In this document: piece by piece, positions 27,205 to 38,704 of the stretch
Layout of the letters: each line of letters starts with the position of its first letter
Position numbering within the stretch: the stretch's first letter is position 1
Origin: Nemertoderma westbladi
Taxonomy: Eukaryota > Animalia > Xenacoelomorpha
Assembly (NCBI GenBank): GCA_032718475.1
Contig: JAUCBJ010008837.1
Span: 1 to 64,000 of the forward strand
DNA length: 64,000 nucleotides
Direction: 5' to 3'
The notes under the pieces: generated by a model
The model's database searches: none
What the model saw: only the letters and a program-made list of their open reading frames with translations
Told to the model about the DNA's origin: nothing
Made by a program: the position numbers and the translations under genes

Positions 27205-30195
27205 GTTGTGCACTCTCGTTCTTTCCTCGGGCTTTCTTCCGTGAACTCTATTAGGAGACGTAGGAGGAGTTTTTGTTACCTGTTCTCTCCTGTCATTGGT
27301 TCGAGACTTAAATTTACTTACATCTTTAGGCGCTTTGTTGACATAGTAAGATCTTTCAGTGTCTTTCCTGCTGTCCTCTTCTTGAGAAGCCTGGCTTTCG
27401 CCGTCGTCTGTATAACACACTGGTGTTACCTTTCTCCTAGAAACGGGTTTCTCACTTACCTTATTTTCCGGTGTCTTCTCTCTGGACTGCTTTAGGAGCT
27501 GTAATTTTACCTCTCCATCTAAGAATGACATGAGATCAGCCATGGTAGGGTCTCTTCGTTGTTGTTCCATCATATATAACACTTTCTTGTCCCAGCGTGT
27601 ACCTACTCCACCCTTTGGTAAAGTAGATGCTACGGCTCCAATAACCAGAGAACTCTGATATTCATGAGACTTACCTAGCCAATCTAATTGTCTACAGATC
27701 TCCTGAATCTCATCGAAAAACTCTATAATCCCACTGCTAATGAACTTTCGGGGCGCTACCAATTTTGCATACAAATACCTAGCTATGTTATTCCTATTAC
27801 CATACCTGATGTTTAAGGTATTCCAAACTTGGCTTAATCCATCTGGATGTCCAATAAACTTTAACGCCATTAACTTGGGAGATCCTTCTAAGCACTCGAT
27901 GAGGAATCTAAGTTTCTCTCCGTTAGATAGCGCAGAGTTCTGTATGTTATCTTTGTAATATTAATTAAAAGGTAACCATTTCATCTCATCTCCATTGAAC
28001 TTGACGATCTCTCCCACCTTTACCGCTTGACAGGCTTCGGTTCTAGCCATTTGACGTGTAAAACTTTCTTGGGCCATCGTATTATTTAATATCGAGTTAT
28101 CGGTATATAAATTTCTCGGATTGTTATCAAGTCTATATGGAATATCATTATCAACAGGTTTACAATTACCCTTAATAAGGTTTACTATAGGAGTATCTAT
28201 TTCACTAGCAGTATAGATGCGTGTAGGCTCCACACCTTGCGCATGAAATACTTCAGACCGAACAGGTTGACACATTGTTACAGGGGGTGGTGGTATACCT
28301 CTTTGTATATTTACCAATTTATCGTGTTCTAACGCGATACTCTGCTGCACTTCTTGCAACTCTAACCTACCCTCTCTGACTGTGCCCTTTAACTACTGAA
28401 CAGTCCCTTCCATCTCCCGGACCTGCTGAGAGGAGCACAAACGGTGTTCCCTCAGCTGCCCGAGCAGGAGACCCATCTCCCGCCGTCCCTCATCCACCCA
28501 CTCTACCGCTGAAGCGGGAGCCGCCAACATAGTAGCGGGTAGACGAGGGACAACGGGCGACAAATCGTTGATATTTCGCTCGGAGTCCAGGACAGGAACT
28601 GTCTCAGGGGCAGTTCTGCTGGGCACAGGTAGTTTAGTGCTGTGCAAAGGGAATTTAGAGGTAGGTTCTGGGAGTACAGGTGTCTCTATCACCGAAGGGG
28701 TGGCTTCGAGAACAGGCCTAATTATTTCAGGCTCATCTACTATAGTAGGGAGTCTTTCTACTCTAATAATTTGGTCTGTGGGTTCTGTACTACCTAAGTC
28801 TGTGCTAGCTAGTTGCCTTCTCACAGCTGGGGGCAAATCAGGCAATTTCTGACGGTGAGGCATTCTTCTACGTCTGTTGGAACGAGATCTATTTCTTCCG
28901 CCTTCAGGATCGGTGGTATCGCCTTCATCCGATGATGTAAAGCCCTGTCGCTTGGGGGTGGATCGACTTATCATCTGCCACTGAGTAGCTGTTCTCTGTT
29001 TATCTATGTAGTCTTGCTTCTCTTGCAGATTTTCCAACTCTAGTTGGGTGGTCTCTTCAGATGCTCTCCGTTCTGCTTCTGCCACTGCTATCTTTCTTTC
29101 TGCTTCTGCCGCTTTTCTTTCCGCTTCTGCCGCTGCCACTGCCGCTTTTATTTCCACTTCTGCCGCTTTTCTTTCCGCTTCTGCCGCTGCTGCTGCCTCT
29201 GCCGCCTTTCTTTCCACTTCTGCCGCTGCCTCTGCCGCTTTTCTTTCCACTTCTGCCGCTGCCTCTGCCGCTTTTCTTTCCACTTCTGCCGCTTTTCTTT
29301 CCGCTTCTGCCGCTGCCACTGCCGCTGCTGCTGTCTTTCTGCGTTCTATACGTTTTTTCTTTACTTGTTCTTCTTGGACCCTAGCGATGCGGCTGCTTTC
29401 ATCAAATTTAGCTTGGTTCGCAGCTAACATTTCCGCATCTATTGCGTCCAGCACAAACTTGGCTCCTTCACTATTAGGGCGAAGTCCAGCCAGCCTTCTC
29501 CTCAACTCTTCGTCACCTAGAAATCGTTGATAGTCTGACAGATAGATGTCAATAGCTTCCTTCTTCTGCGGTTTCTCTGCTGTCGATTCGCTTTCCACTT
29601 GAGAAAAGGTAGCGTCTGCTGATTCTCCATGGGTTGAGCGCTCAGCCAGCTGAAATTTCCACTGGGCCGTTCCTTGAACCTTGAGACTCACCCGCTGGAA
29701 CCAAGTCTTTACGGCAACTTGCAATGACGTGTCTTGTCTTCTTTTTGAAGCTTCCTCAAAGGCCGATAGGATTAGTCTGATTCTTAGAATTCTTTCTCGA
29801 ACTTGATAAAGCAGTTCTCCCTGCTCTTGAGGTCCTTGGGGTTGTTGAAACAGTTGTTCCTCTAATCGCTCCAAAGAGCTGAAGAATCCCTGTATATATC
29901 CTGCTGCCGACCTCTTCCACACAGCTGGATCACTAGTGTCTTTTGTCACTCCCATCCTGTGTATGTCTTCCCAGGCAGCTTCCGATAAGTCAAACGGGAG
30001 TCCGGGTCCGGGGAAGTTCCATTGCGACTCGACAATAGACTTCAGTTCCTCCCTTGTGTATCCCGCATAACTGTTCTTGGTCGATCGCTTACTTCTCGCC
30101 CAATCAATTTGGTGTTCCTCCACCGCAATCAATACCCTAGTGAGTACGGCTGCAGGAAGAATGAGAAGGGGATCCGAATAAACCGCATCAGCCAT
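27205..30195 (-). pseudogene. BEL/Pao gag, 5' part (coiled-coil and DUF1759-like region) with in-frame stops
   Basis: ORFs 28393-30195, 27961-28359 and 27160-27870 share one frame. KFNGDEMKWLPF and WNTLNIRYGN are BEL gag-like. The frame resumes on the far side of the insertion. Confidence 0.85.
29070..29335 (-). repeat. Coding minisatellite giving an (AAEAERK/AAEVERK)n coiled coil in gag
   Basis: Repeated TCTGCCGCT units; Ala/Glu/Arg/Lys repeat in the translation. Confidence 0.85.
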
Positions 30196-31547
30196 TTTTG
30201 CTCCGCGCTCGGGTGTCAGCTCTACAGTATCCGAACTACTGGAGCTGTTGGGCCGCTGAGAAATAAGTTCTCAGCTCGGGTGTTGCTGTTGTTTAACAGC
30301 TGCTTCTTGGTCACGCTTGACTTGAGCCCGAGTGCCTATGATAGACCTACGGTGTTGGACTAGCCTAGGGTCTGATACTACTACTGGAGGGATGTTCTTT
30401 CTTACAGTAGGAGGTGAGTTGAACTTCGGTCTCAAACGTTCAGCACTCCTATCTGGGGCACAGATGGTTGTATCTAGGAGACTGTCTACAGGTTTTGCTT
30501 GGTGTCAGACATGTTTGTTTGTACAGTTGAATGCCTACTGCTATATTACAGTTAAAGCAAGTCAAGTAATTCAGTATCAACTGTTAGCCTAGTAATTAAT
30601 TACCGATATCGTTACTCTATATAACGTGATATATATACAATATATTAGAGTACCGGTATACTCTTATAGTATATATATAAGTATTATTACAGACTAGGTT
30701 TGTCACAGTATACCGGTATATTATTTCAGCTCAAGTATATATAAATATATAATAAGTCTACTGTGAATACCGGTATACAACTTACACTTATAGTATATAA
30801 GTATAATTATAGACTAGAATTAATTACAGAATACCGGTATATAATTTCAGCTTAAATTTATAGAAATAAATATAATAAGCCTATTGTAAATACCGGTATG
30901 TCAATTATTTTAGAATAATTGAATTTCTGAATTTTTAGGGGTTACTTGGTTACTTTACTTTACTTTATTACCGTTATTTAAGCAGTAGTCCAACTGATAT
31001 TAAGACCTAATTGATGTATAACAGGCCTACTGTTTTATAAATCGGTTTGAGTTGATTTATAATATATATATACCCGTATAAAGGGTTTTTGTCAATGTTT
31101 GAAATAAATGTTATTATTTCTGGTAAGGAGTCACTTCACAGAAGCTAAACGCTCTCAGTGGAGTGCTACTTATTGTATTGGACACTAAAACAAATAATTC
31201 TAATTTACTAAGTTACTTATTACTACAAATTACGTACAATTAAGGGGTGAGATTACAACCTCTAAATAAACACAAAAATTACACGTACGAATTTTTAGGG
31301 TTAATTTTACAGGGAATCTACAAACCAGCCTAACAAGGAGTTAGAATATCTGGTTATTACAAACGGACAAGATACTACGGTATTTGAAAATAATAAAGCA
31401 GTAGTAAATATATTGCGTTGTCTAGATAGGAAAATACCACCATCTGACGACTTATAGCCGTATCGCTATAAGTACTACGTTATGTATCACGGAGTGTTCC
31501 TACCCAGAAGTTAATTACCGCAGCCTACTATAGCTAACGTGCCTATT

Positions 31548-32062
31548 AGTAGTAGGAGAAGCATAGTTCCTCCATATCTCCTCCCTATCTTGGGCTACGG
31601 CTCGCATCTCGGAGGCAATTAAAAAATGCCAAATTCCGGTGCTAAATCGCGGTGTTTAATGACCATCTGTCACCATCAATATTGATTCGCGTCGTTGCCT
31701 TCAACCAATCGTTGCTTATCACCTACGCGTAGCCTAACCTCGCGATGCCTACCTTACTCGACAACTGTTACCACCCGTGAGTATTGATTCGCGTCGTTGC
31801 ATCAACCAACCATCGCATATTCATCTTCGCGTAACCTAACTTCTCATCGCATGGCTAGCCCCCACTACGCTATTATATCGAATCGATTGCCAACTCACCA
31901 CCACCACCACCACCGTCGCTAGCCACGCACGGCTACTCTTCGACGGCTGTCGCCAAACCAATCAATCCAACCAACCAAGCGGCCTGCCTACCCCAACGCT
32001 ATTATGATACGTGTTGAAATTTCGCCACGTTCTAGCTACACGTATACGAATATTTCCATAGT
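31548..32062 (+). repeat. Polinton left TIR
   Basis: Reverse complement of 49753-50267; the internal direct repeat TATTGATTCGCGTCGTTGC occurs twice. Confidence 0.93.
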
Positions 32063-32477
32063 TATTTCCTATCCACGCAACCAACCACGGTCTACTGTAT
32101 ATGCTGACAACGTGGCCACCAACTACACGCATCACGCATATATTATATTATATTGATTGCCAACTCCACGACTGCTGTCGCCAAATCAACAAACCAAGCA
32201 GTATGATACATGAGATTCCGTCACGTTCTAGCTACGCGTATACGATCATTAGTGATTATTACGCAATAATTTTTTTGTTTATACAGTAGTTACCCACCAG
32301 CTAATCAACCAATCAATAAACCGAATTTAGGCTATTTCTCAGTTTAAGACCTGTATTATTTTTGAAAATATCTTATATATATAATCTCTTGCTTTAATCG
32401 CAATTAATCATTTGTAATGGTTTTAGTTTAAAAGTTTTTACTTTGTTTGTTTGATTTACAATAAAATAAATTAAATA

Positions 32478-32924
32478 ATGTCTTCTGATTCCAATATGGT
32501 TATGCCAATGGTAAGGCATTCATTTTTTGCAGAAGATGGTCAAGCCTATATTGTTATTGATTATACAATTTACCATCAGGGAGATGATAAATATAAAATT
32601 GAATTTTCTGAAAAAGCCAGGAAAGTTTTAAGCTCAATTGATATTGATGCTTCTGATAATAGTATTCATCTTTTAGATTACAACCTGAAAGCTGAGCATG
32701 GGGGAGGAAAATTAAGCAACATTTTACTATTTTCCATGATAGAGGGATTTATTGTTATTACACAATACAACGAAGCTGGTGAAAAGTTTGAAATATGGCT
32801 AAATCGGCATAGCCCCTACGAAATTATGTCTTTCTTTATTGTAATGATTTCAAAAGAATCCTTTGTCGAACCTGAAGAATCAGCGGATAATGTTGAATAT
32901 GTTGATAATATCATTGATTCTTGA
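32478..32924 (+). CDS. Polinton hypothetical protein (148 aa)
   Basis: ATG-started ORF with protein-like composition, downstream of CCAAT/TATA-like motifs; no recognised domain. Confidence 0.6.
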   Translation: MSSDSNMVMPMVRHSFFAEDGQAYIVIDYTIYHQGDDKYKIEFSEKARKVLSSIDIDASDNSIHLLDYNLKAEHGGGKLSNILLFSMIEGFIVITQYNEAGEKFEIWLNRHSPYEIMSFFIVMISKESFVEPEESADNVEYVDNIIDS

Positions 32925-33086
32925 CTTTTCCCTCTATATTATAAATATTTTATGATTATATATAAAATTTTGTTGTTTTTAAATAATCGAAAATTGTAGT
33001 AGTATTTGTATATACAGTATAACAGTTTTGTTTGTTGTTGTTGTGTATTGTGGTAATTATTTTCAATTTACTTTAAAATTTGGAAA

Positions 33087-33572
33087 ATGGATATTTTAAA
33101 TGAAAAATGTCCAGTTTGCTATTCTAAGTTATTGCAACAACATCGAGATTATTATAAATGTGAAAATAAACATGCAACTTGCGTACAATGTATTGCACAA
33201 TATTCCGAAATGAATAATTATTGATCTAAAATTTGTCCTATTTGTCGCGCACCCATATCTAAGTTTAATATAAAGTTGGCAAGATACCAACCCTATTATT
33301 GGAAAGAGCTTCGCAATATAACTTATATTTCTGCGAAAAGTAATGATCCGGGAGATTTATTTACAATATTGGAGAATATTTTTTATAGAAACGTAGTACG
33401 ACGCTGTTGCTACTATATTCCTTATTTTTTTAGCAGCGAACATAAAAAAATCATTAGCGCGAAATTTTCGGGAAGTGATTTCCAATCCGCCGATGTTACC
33501 TATCATTATTTCGCGTATAAAGATGCTCACCATGCTAGAAATTACATCGGTCTATACTATAATTGGAAATAG
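33087..33572 (+). pseudogene. RING-HC (C3HC4) finger protein, in-frame TGA at 33222
   Basis: Manual translation: MDILNEKCPVC...KCENKHATCVQC...NY*SKICPICRAP, in frame with ORF 33276-33572. Confidence 0.8.
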
Positions 33573-33755
33573 CACCTTTTGCTGCAGCGAGCGTCACATA
33601 CTGTAGCGGCGCCGTATGTTAATTAAATATACAGTACTCTAATATTGTAGTTGCATCAATTATTGTTATATACATAGTAATGGTGTTGGTTTATTGATAT
33701 TGATATTGATATTATATTATATTGTATTGTTGATATATCTTAATAATAATAATAA

Positions 33756-34436
33756 ATGGCTGACTTTAATTCAGGTCCATATAATTTAAATTTTCAAATG
33801 GGAACGAGTATGATAATTTCAGGGCCATCTGGCTCCGGAAAGTCTACATTTGTTGGCAATTTAATTAAACACAAGAATGGTTGTTTCAACGAAGCCCCCT
33901 TGCGAGTATTGTATTGTTACGGGAGCAATCCCCCGACTATTCCTGGTATTACTCACCTTTACAAAGGCTTGCCTGAAAATATAGATAGTTTAGTGAATAG
34001 TCGAGATTTATTAATTATAGATGATTTGTTAACAGAAACTGAGTCCAGTACAGCTTTAACTGTATTGTTTACTAAGGTAGCTCATCATTCCAATATATTT
34101 ATTTGTTTTATAACGCAAAACATGTTTTACGGTGGGAAGCATAACCGCACAAGATCAATTAATAGCCATACTTTAGTATTAATGAAAAATCCGAGAGATA
34201 GTCTATCGGTTTTAAATTTCGCGAAGCAGATGTTACCAGGGCAGACCAAATTTTTAGTTGATTCCTATCAAGATGCGACAATTGAACCATTTTCACATTT
34301 CTTAATTGATTTACGACAGGAAACACCCGAACATTTAAGATTTAGATCTGATATATTTCGTAATCATAATTGTTACATTAAAAATTACACTGACTATAAA
34401 CGTAGCGAAAATAATAATAATAATAATGATAAATAA
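33756..34436 (+). CDS. Polinton packaging ATPase (A32/FtsK-HerA type)
   Basis: Walker A GPSGSGKS, Walker B LLIIDD, and ITQN / MKNPRD / FLIDL motifs. Confidence 0.93.
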   Translation: MADFNSGPYNLNFQMGTSMIISGPSGSGKSTFVGNLIKHKNGCFNEAPLRVLYCYGSNPPTIPGITHLYKGLPENIDSLVNSRDLLIIDDLLTETESSTALTVLFTKVAHHSNIFICFITQNMFYGGKHNRTRSINSHTLVLMKNPRDSLSVLNFAKQMLPGQTKFLVDSYQDATIEPFSHFLIDLRQETPEHLRFRSDIFRNHNCYIKNYTDYKRSENNNNNNDK

Positions 34437-34473
34437 TTAATATTTTGTAACAATTTTCAATAATGTTGCAACA

Positions 34474-34857
34474 ATGAATAGACTTGTGCAGAAATATCGT
34501 AACGAACTGGAATTTCTACGCAGCGCTACCCCTCAACAAAGAACTTATTTTATTAACCATACCGCCAGTAACGAATTAATACGGCTCATTGTAAATACTG
34601 CATTAAATGTTCTAAAAGGTAATGTACAATTGACCCCACATTCATTTAGAAATATTCGCCGCTATAAGAAGGTATTGAAATCACTCAACCGTAAAACAAA
34701 AAATATATCAAGTTACAGAAAAAAGTTAAGCAATCAATCTGGAGGCATACTACCGTTTCTAATACCCTTACTCGGCATTGGTGTGAAACTTGCCGCGAGT
34801 GCTGGTGCCGCGGCCGCGGGGGCTGCTATTGCGAAAAAAATTAACCGTGGACGGTAG
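34474..34857 (+). CDS. Small basic Polinton structural/core protein with a putative adenain cleavage site
   Basis: LNVLKGNV...QSGGILPFLIPLL, typical of Polinton small virion proteins. Confidence 0.7.
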   Translation: MNRLVQKYRNELEFLRSATPQQRTYFINHTASNELIRLIVNTALNVLKGNVQLTPHSFRNIRRYKKVLKSLNRKTKNISSYRKKLSNQSGGILPFLIPLLGIGVKLAASAGAAAAGAAIAKKINRGR

Positions 34858-35070
34858 GTAATAATGGTTAAAACGGGAGTAACATTTAGAAAATTATATT
34901 TAGTATCGAGTAAACCGTTAGCTGCTGATTTAAAACCACAAGATATACCTAGAGTAAATACTACAAAAAGAAAACCCTTTAAAACATCAACTTCGAAGAA
35001 AATAATTAAAAAATTTCAGTTGTTCTTACGGTGATGCCCTTTATAAGAGATTTGAATATACATATTACTT

Positions 35071-36177
35071 GTGGTTGTCGAAAAGATGCCTCGCAAGATG
35101 AAACCGATTTTAAGCCGAAGCTTAGACAAAAAACTGTTAAGAATTTATTTAGATCCTTCATCCCCTGCGGGATTTGCAAGTGTTGCAAAATTAGCAAAAG
35201 CTGCAAACATCAAACCGGCGCAAGCCCAGCAATGGTTGAGCGGACAAAAGACATACACCCTTCACGCTCCACATAGACAACATTATCCAACATCTAAAAT
35301 ATTTACGGGAGGCATAAAAGATATATATATGATAGATCTGGTGGATATGCAGCAATATAAGTCGCAAAATAATAATTATAACTATATATTAACGTGCATT
35401 GATGCCTTCAGTCGGCTTGCTTTTGGCTATGCTATGAAAACAAAAAAGGGTGTTGAAATTATTAGTATATTGCAAAAAATATTCCAGAAAGGAAAACCAA
35501 ACAGAATCGCCACGGATCAAGGTTCTGAGTTTCTAAATAAATCTGTAAGGAAATATTTAGATACGTTAGGTATACAGTATTACGTAATGTATTCTGTGAA
35601 TAAGGCGGCTATTGTCGAGAGATTTAACAGAACCTTAAAAACAAAGATGTTCAAAATTTTCACGCAAAGGGGAAATAATATTTGGATAAAAATTTTACCT
35701 AAGCTTATCTCGGCTTATAATAGGTCGTATCATAGAACAATACAAATGACACCTATTGAAGTTAATAAATTTAATGAAACTGAATTAATGAATAGATTAT
35801 ATGGGAAATATAGACAGATAAATCACAAGAAAATAAAATTTAAAGTTGGAGATACAGTACGATTATCTATTGCTCGTACTGCTTTTGCTAAAGGCTATCG
35901 AGAACAATGGACACGTGAATTATTTATTATTCATCGGGTCAGGTTGGATAGAGTACCAGCGGTAATGTTCGATATTAAGGACAGCACCGGAGCTATAATA
36001 AAGGGCTCATTTTATTCTCACGAACTTCAAAAGGTCCACCCGAATAATAATATTTATCTAGCAATTGACAAAAAAAATATTGGCAAACTTAAAGAACGTG
36101 TACGCAATGGGAAGAAAGAATATTTAGTCCGATTCATCGGATCCAAGAAACAGTCCTGGGTACAGCATATTCAATAA
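35071..36177 (+). CDS. Retroviral-like (RVE) integrase with a chromo-like C-terminus
   Basis: IDLVDM, CIDAFSR, TDQGSEF, KAAIVERFNRTLK, YNRSYHRTI, FAKGY, KEYLVRFIG. Confidence 0.95.
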   Translation: MVVEKMPRKMKPILSRSLDKKLLRIYLDPSSPAGFASVAKLAKAANIKPAQAQQWLSGQKTYTLHAPHRQHYPTSKIFTGGIKDIYMIDLVDMQQYKSQNNNYNYILTCIDAFSRLAFGYAMKTKKGVEIISILQKIFQKGKPNRIATDQGSEFLNKSVRKYLDTLGIQYYVMYSVNKAAIVERFNRTLKTKMFKIFTQRGNNIWIKILPKLISAYNRSYHRTIQMTPIEVNKFNETELMNRLYGKYRQINHKKIKFKVGDTVRLSIARTAFAKGYREQWTRELFIIHRVRLDRVPAVMFDIKDSTGAIIKGSFYSHELQKVHPNNNIYLAIDKKNIGKLKERVRNGKKEYLVRFIGSKKQSWVQHIQ

Positions 36178-36429
36178 GCTTAGGTTTATACTGTATATTA
36201 ATTCATTTTGGTCGCATATGACCGTAATTAATCAATAATATTAACTCGAATGATATTACTATATCTATAGTTCATCCGCTTTAAATAAAGCCAGTAAAAT
36301 ATTGATCCCACGCATATACTGTAGAAGATGCTGGCAATGAACGTGGTCACAGATGTCTATAATTTAACATTATACTGTATGTACAAAGGAGTCAAGTAGA
36401 GAGAGCGAGCTTAAATAATAATAATAATA

Positions 36430-37302
36430 ATGGCCACAGATACATATATCACTCTACTTTCAGATAGCTCATTGAACACTTATCCCAATAATAATCCTAG
36501 TGAGTTTACTGTTGATTTAGCCGAAGAATTATATATTGGTCCAAATGCCAAAATTGGACTTGCCGAACTTCAATACCAAGCAACATACAGTAATATTACG
36601 CTGCAAACTCAAATTTCGCTGTCAATCGGGGTAGATGCAAAAGATGCCAAATTATATAGTTTATTTCCTGGTATGCATAACTCTATTCAAGTGATTATTG
36701 ATGATATAAATAAACTGTTTAATTCTGAAGCGAAATATAGAGATTTCGAATTCATTTTTAATACAAATAATTCTAGAATTAAATTTAAATTTCCTAAAAA
36801 GTTGAAAAAAATACAATTAAGTCCACGCGGCGATTTAATACAAATTCTAGGCTTAAAACCGTTATTGGATCGGAATCATCTGGATATTCCGAATTGGGAT
36901 ATATACAGTACCACTACAGTAGATGAATTAAGCAATATAGAACAGCCGATATTAATTTTAAATTATAGCGGGCCAAAAATTTCGGAAATCGGCATTTTAG
37001 ATTTTCCAGCTCCCACAAATATAACACGTAATAAAGACACTATCTTTATATACACAGATATTATTAAGAGCTCATTTGTTGGCGATGCTTTAGCTCCGCT
37101 CTTAAGAACCTGCCCTTTAACGCAATTAAATCGAAAATATATTAATCACGAATACGAGAGCATTTGCTATTTCCCATTGTTGAATAAAAAACTAAAAACA
37201 ATCTTAATTACTTTACGTGACGGCCAAGGCCAATTAATTAACTTCAGCGGAGGTCGCACTGTTATAACACTTAAGTTAATACGGGGTGGCGGTGATGGAT
37301 GA
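36430..37302 (+). CDS. Minor capsid (penton-like) protein 1
   Basis: YITLLSDSS...PNNNPSEF at the N-terminus; IFIYTDII...VGDALAPLLR...ITLRDGQGQLINF at the C-terminus. Confidence 0.85.
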   Translation: MATDTYITLLSDSSLNTYPNNNPSEFTVDLAEELYIGPNAKIGLAELQYQATYSNITLQTQISLSIGVDAKDAKLYSLFPGMHNSIQVIIDDINKLFNSEAKYRDFEFIFNTNNSRIKFKFPKKLKKIQLSPRGDLIQILGLKPLLDRNHLDIPNWDIYSTTTVDELSNIEQPILILNYSGPKISEIGILDFPAPTNITRNKDTIFIYTDIIKSSFVGDALAPLLRTCPLTQLNRKYINHEYESICYFPLLNKKLKTILITLRDGQGQLINFSGGRTVITLKLIRGGGDG

Positions 37303-38152
37303 GTTCTACGTTAGACTACCAAGTAATTCCTGTCCGATTGATTTTCCCCGCAATAGCGCTAGTAATTATCAGATAAATTTCCACGGCGCCTTACCTATAA
37401 ATCCAAACGAAAACTGGGTGGTAGGTATAAAAAGTATATTTTACTTAGCAACGTTGCCGTCCATGTATAACAATGTAGAGAATGTTATTTTATTAAAAAA
37501 AGGGAAAAAAATTTTTGAGGATACACTTCCATCTGGTTTATTCTACAGTATCAACGACATTATAGATTATTTTAACACGGGGACATTGAAAGATAAATTA
37601 CAAATAGTTGAAAATACTCAGCAAAATAGATTGCAATTTATTTTAGGGAAAACTGTGCGAGAGTTATTTATAGGTCAACAATTAGCCTATTATTTTGGAA
37701 TTACTGAAAATAATCTCGGCGCGAATTTAAATCCAAATTTTAAAATTATTTTGAAGACGAAAAATAATATAAAGGGTTATTTAATAAAGGTTATCGGAAA
37801 TGGAGAAAAAGCTTACCAGATGGTATTTTTATGCCCTCAACCGCCCAACTCTATTCCAGAACCTAAATCGAACATGTACGTGACTACTAATATAATTGAA
37901 AATCAATATATTAATGACTTTGGTTTAGCTTTACTTCGTCGTGTTGCGATACCTGATGATGTGAAATATGGTAGCGTAATAAATAAAGAATTTGTCAAGG
38001 ATACAATTCATTATATCCCTGTAAAAAAATCATATAAGATAACATACATTCATATTGAAATAACAGACAAAGAAGGAAAAGATTTGAATTTTGAATACGG
38101 GACAACATCTATTACATTACACTTTAAACGAATAAATTCAAATGGATTCTGA
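37286..38152 (+). CDS. Minor capsid (penton-like) protein 2
   Basis: FYVRLPSNS...FPRNSASNY; MYVTTNII...LLRRV...IEITDKEG...ITLHFK; paralogue of the preceding ORF. Confidence 0.85.
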   Translation: MAVMDEFYVRLPSNSCPIDFPRNSASNYQINFHGALPINPNENWVVGIKSIFYLATLPSMYNNVENVILLKKGKKIFEDTLPSGLFYSINDIIDYFNTGTLKDKLQIVENTQQNRLQFILGKTVRELFIGQQLAYYFGITENNLGANLNPNFKIILKTKNNIKGYLIKVIGNGEKAYQMVFLCPQPPNSIPEPKSNMYVTTNIIENQYINDFGLALLRRVAIPDDVKYGSVINKEFVKDTIHYIPVKKSYKITYIHIEITDKEGKDLNFEYGTTSITLHFKRINSNGF

Positions 38153-38702
38153 TTTATTTCAAAGATACAGTAAACCTCAATATGGGGGTTCAGACTCTAA
38201 TCTTGCTGTTTTTAAAGGCGGAAGAAGTACCAGAGGCTCGACGCAAGTTCCTGTTTTTCGTGGTGGTTCATATATTGACCCTTACGGTCAACAAATTGGC
38301 ACATTTGGTCCAAACTTAAAACAACGTCGTTTTCAGCGTTATCGTAGGGGTATGCGGGCAAATCAACACGGAGAAGGTATATTTACAGACGCTTTATCTA
38401 CATTGAAAAAATTTGGTAAGCCATTAGCTAAAAAAGTTTTACAGAAAGCTTTACCATTTACCACAAAATTTATGAGACAACACGTAATACCAAAAGGTAA
38501 GCGGGTCTTACATCAGCAGGCTAATACGGTTATTAATAAAGCATTAAATAAAATGAAACCGTCAACAAGGTCGGTTGTAGAAAAAGTTTATAGAGATTTA
38601 AAGCGACCCGCTAGACCAATGTCTATGAACATACATCATCGACGTAGTAAAAAGAGAAATATAAAAGGCAAACTGAAACACTGCGAAAAAAGTATTTTTT
38701 AA
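38142..38702 (+). CDS. Basic core protein with QxGG/QxGxG motifs and an amphipathic helix
   Basis: QYGG, FKGG, FRGG and QHGEGIFTDALSTLKKFGKPLAKK; Arg/Lys rich; lies directly before the MCP. Confidence 0.7.
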   Translation: MDSDLFQRYSKPQYGGSDSNLAVFKGGRSTRGSTQVPVFRGGSYIDPYGQQIGTFGPNLKQRRFQRYRRGMRANQHGEGIFTDALSTLKKFGKPLAKKVLQKALPFTTKFMRQHVIPKGKRVLHQQANTVINKALNKMKPSTRSVVEKVYRDLKRPARPMSMNIHHRRSKKRNIKGKLKHCEKSIF

Positions 38703-38704
38703 TA

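Noticed and set aside
29044-29530. Cys/Phe-, Ala- and Leu/Pro-rich plus-strand ORFs
   Set aside because: They are antisense shadows of the gag coding minisatellite.
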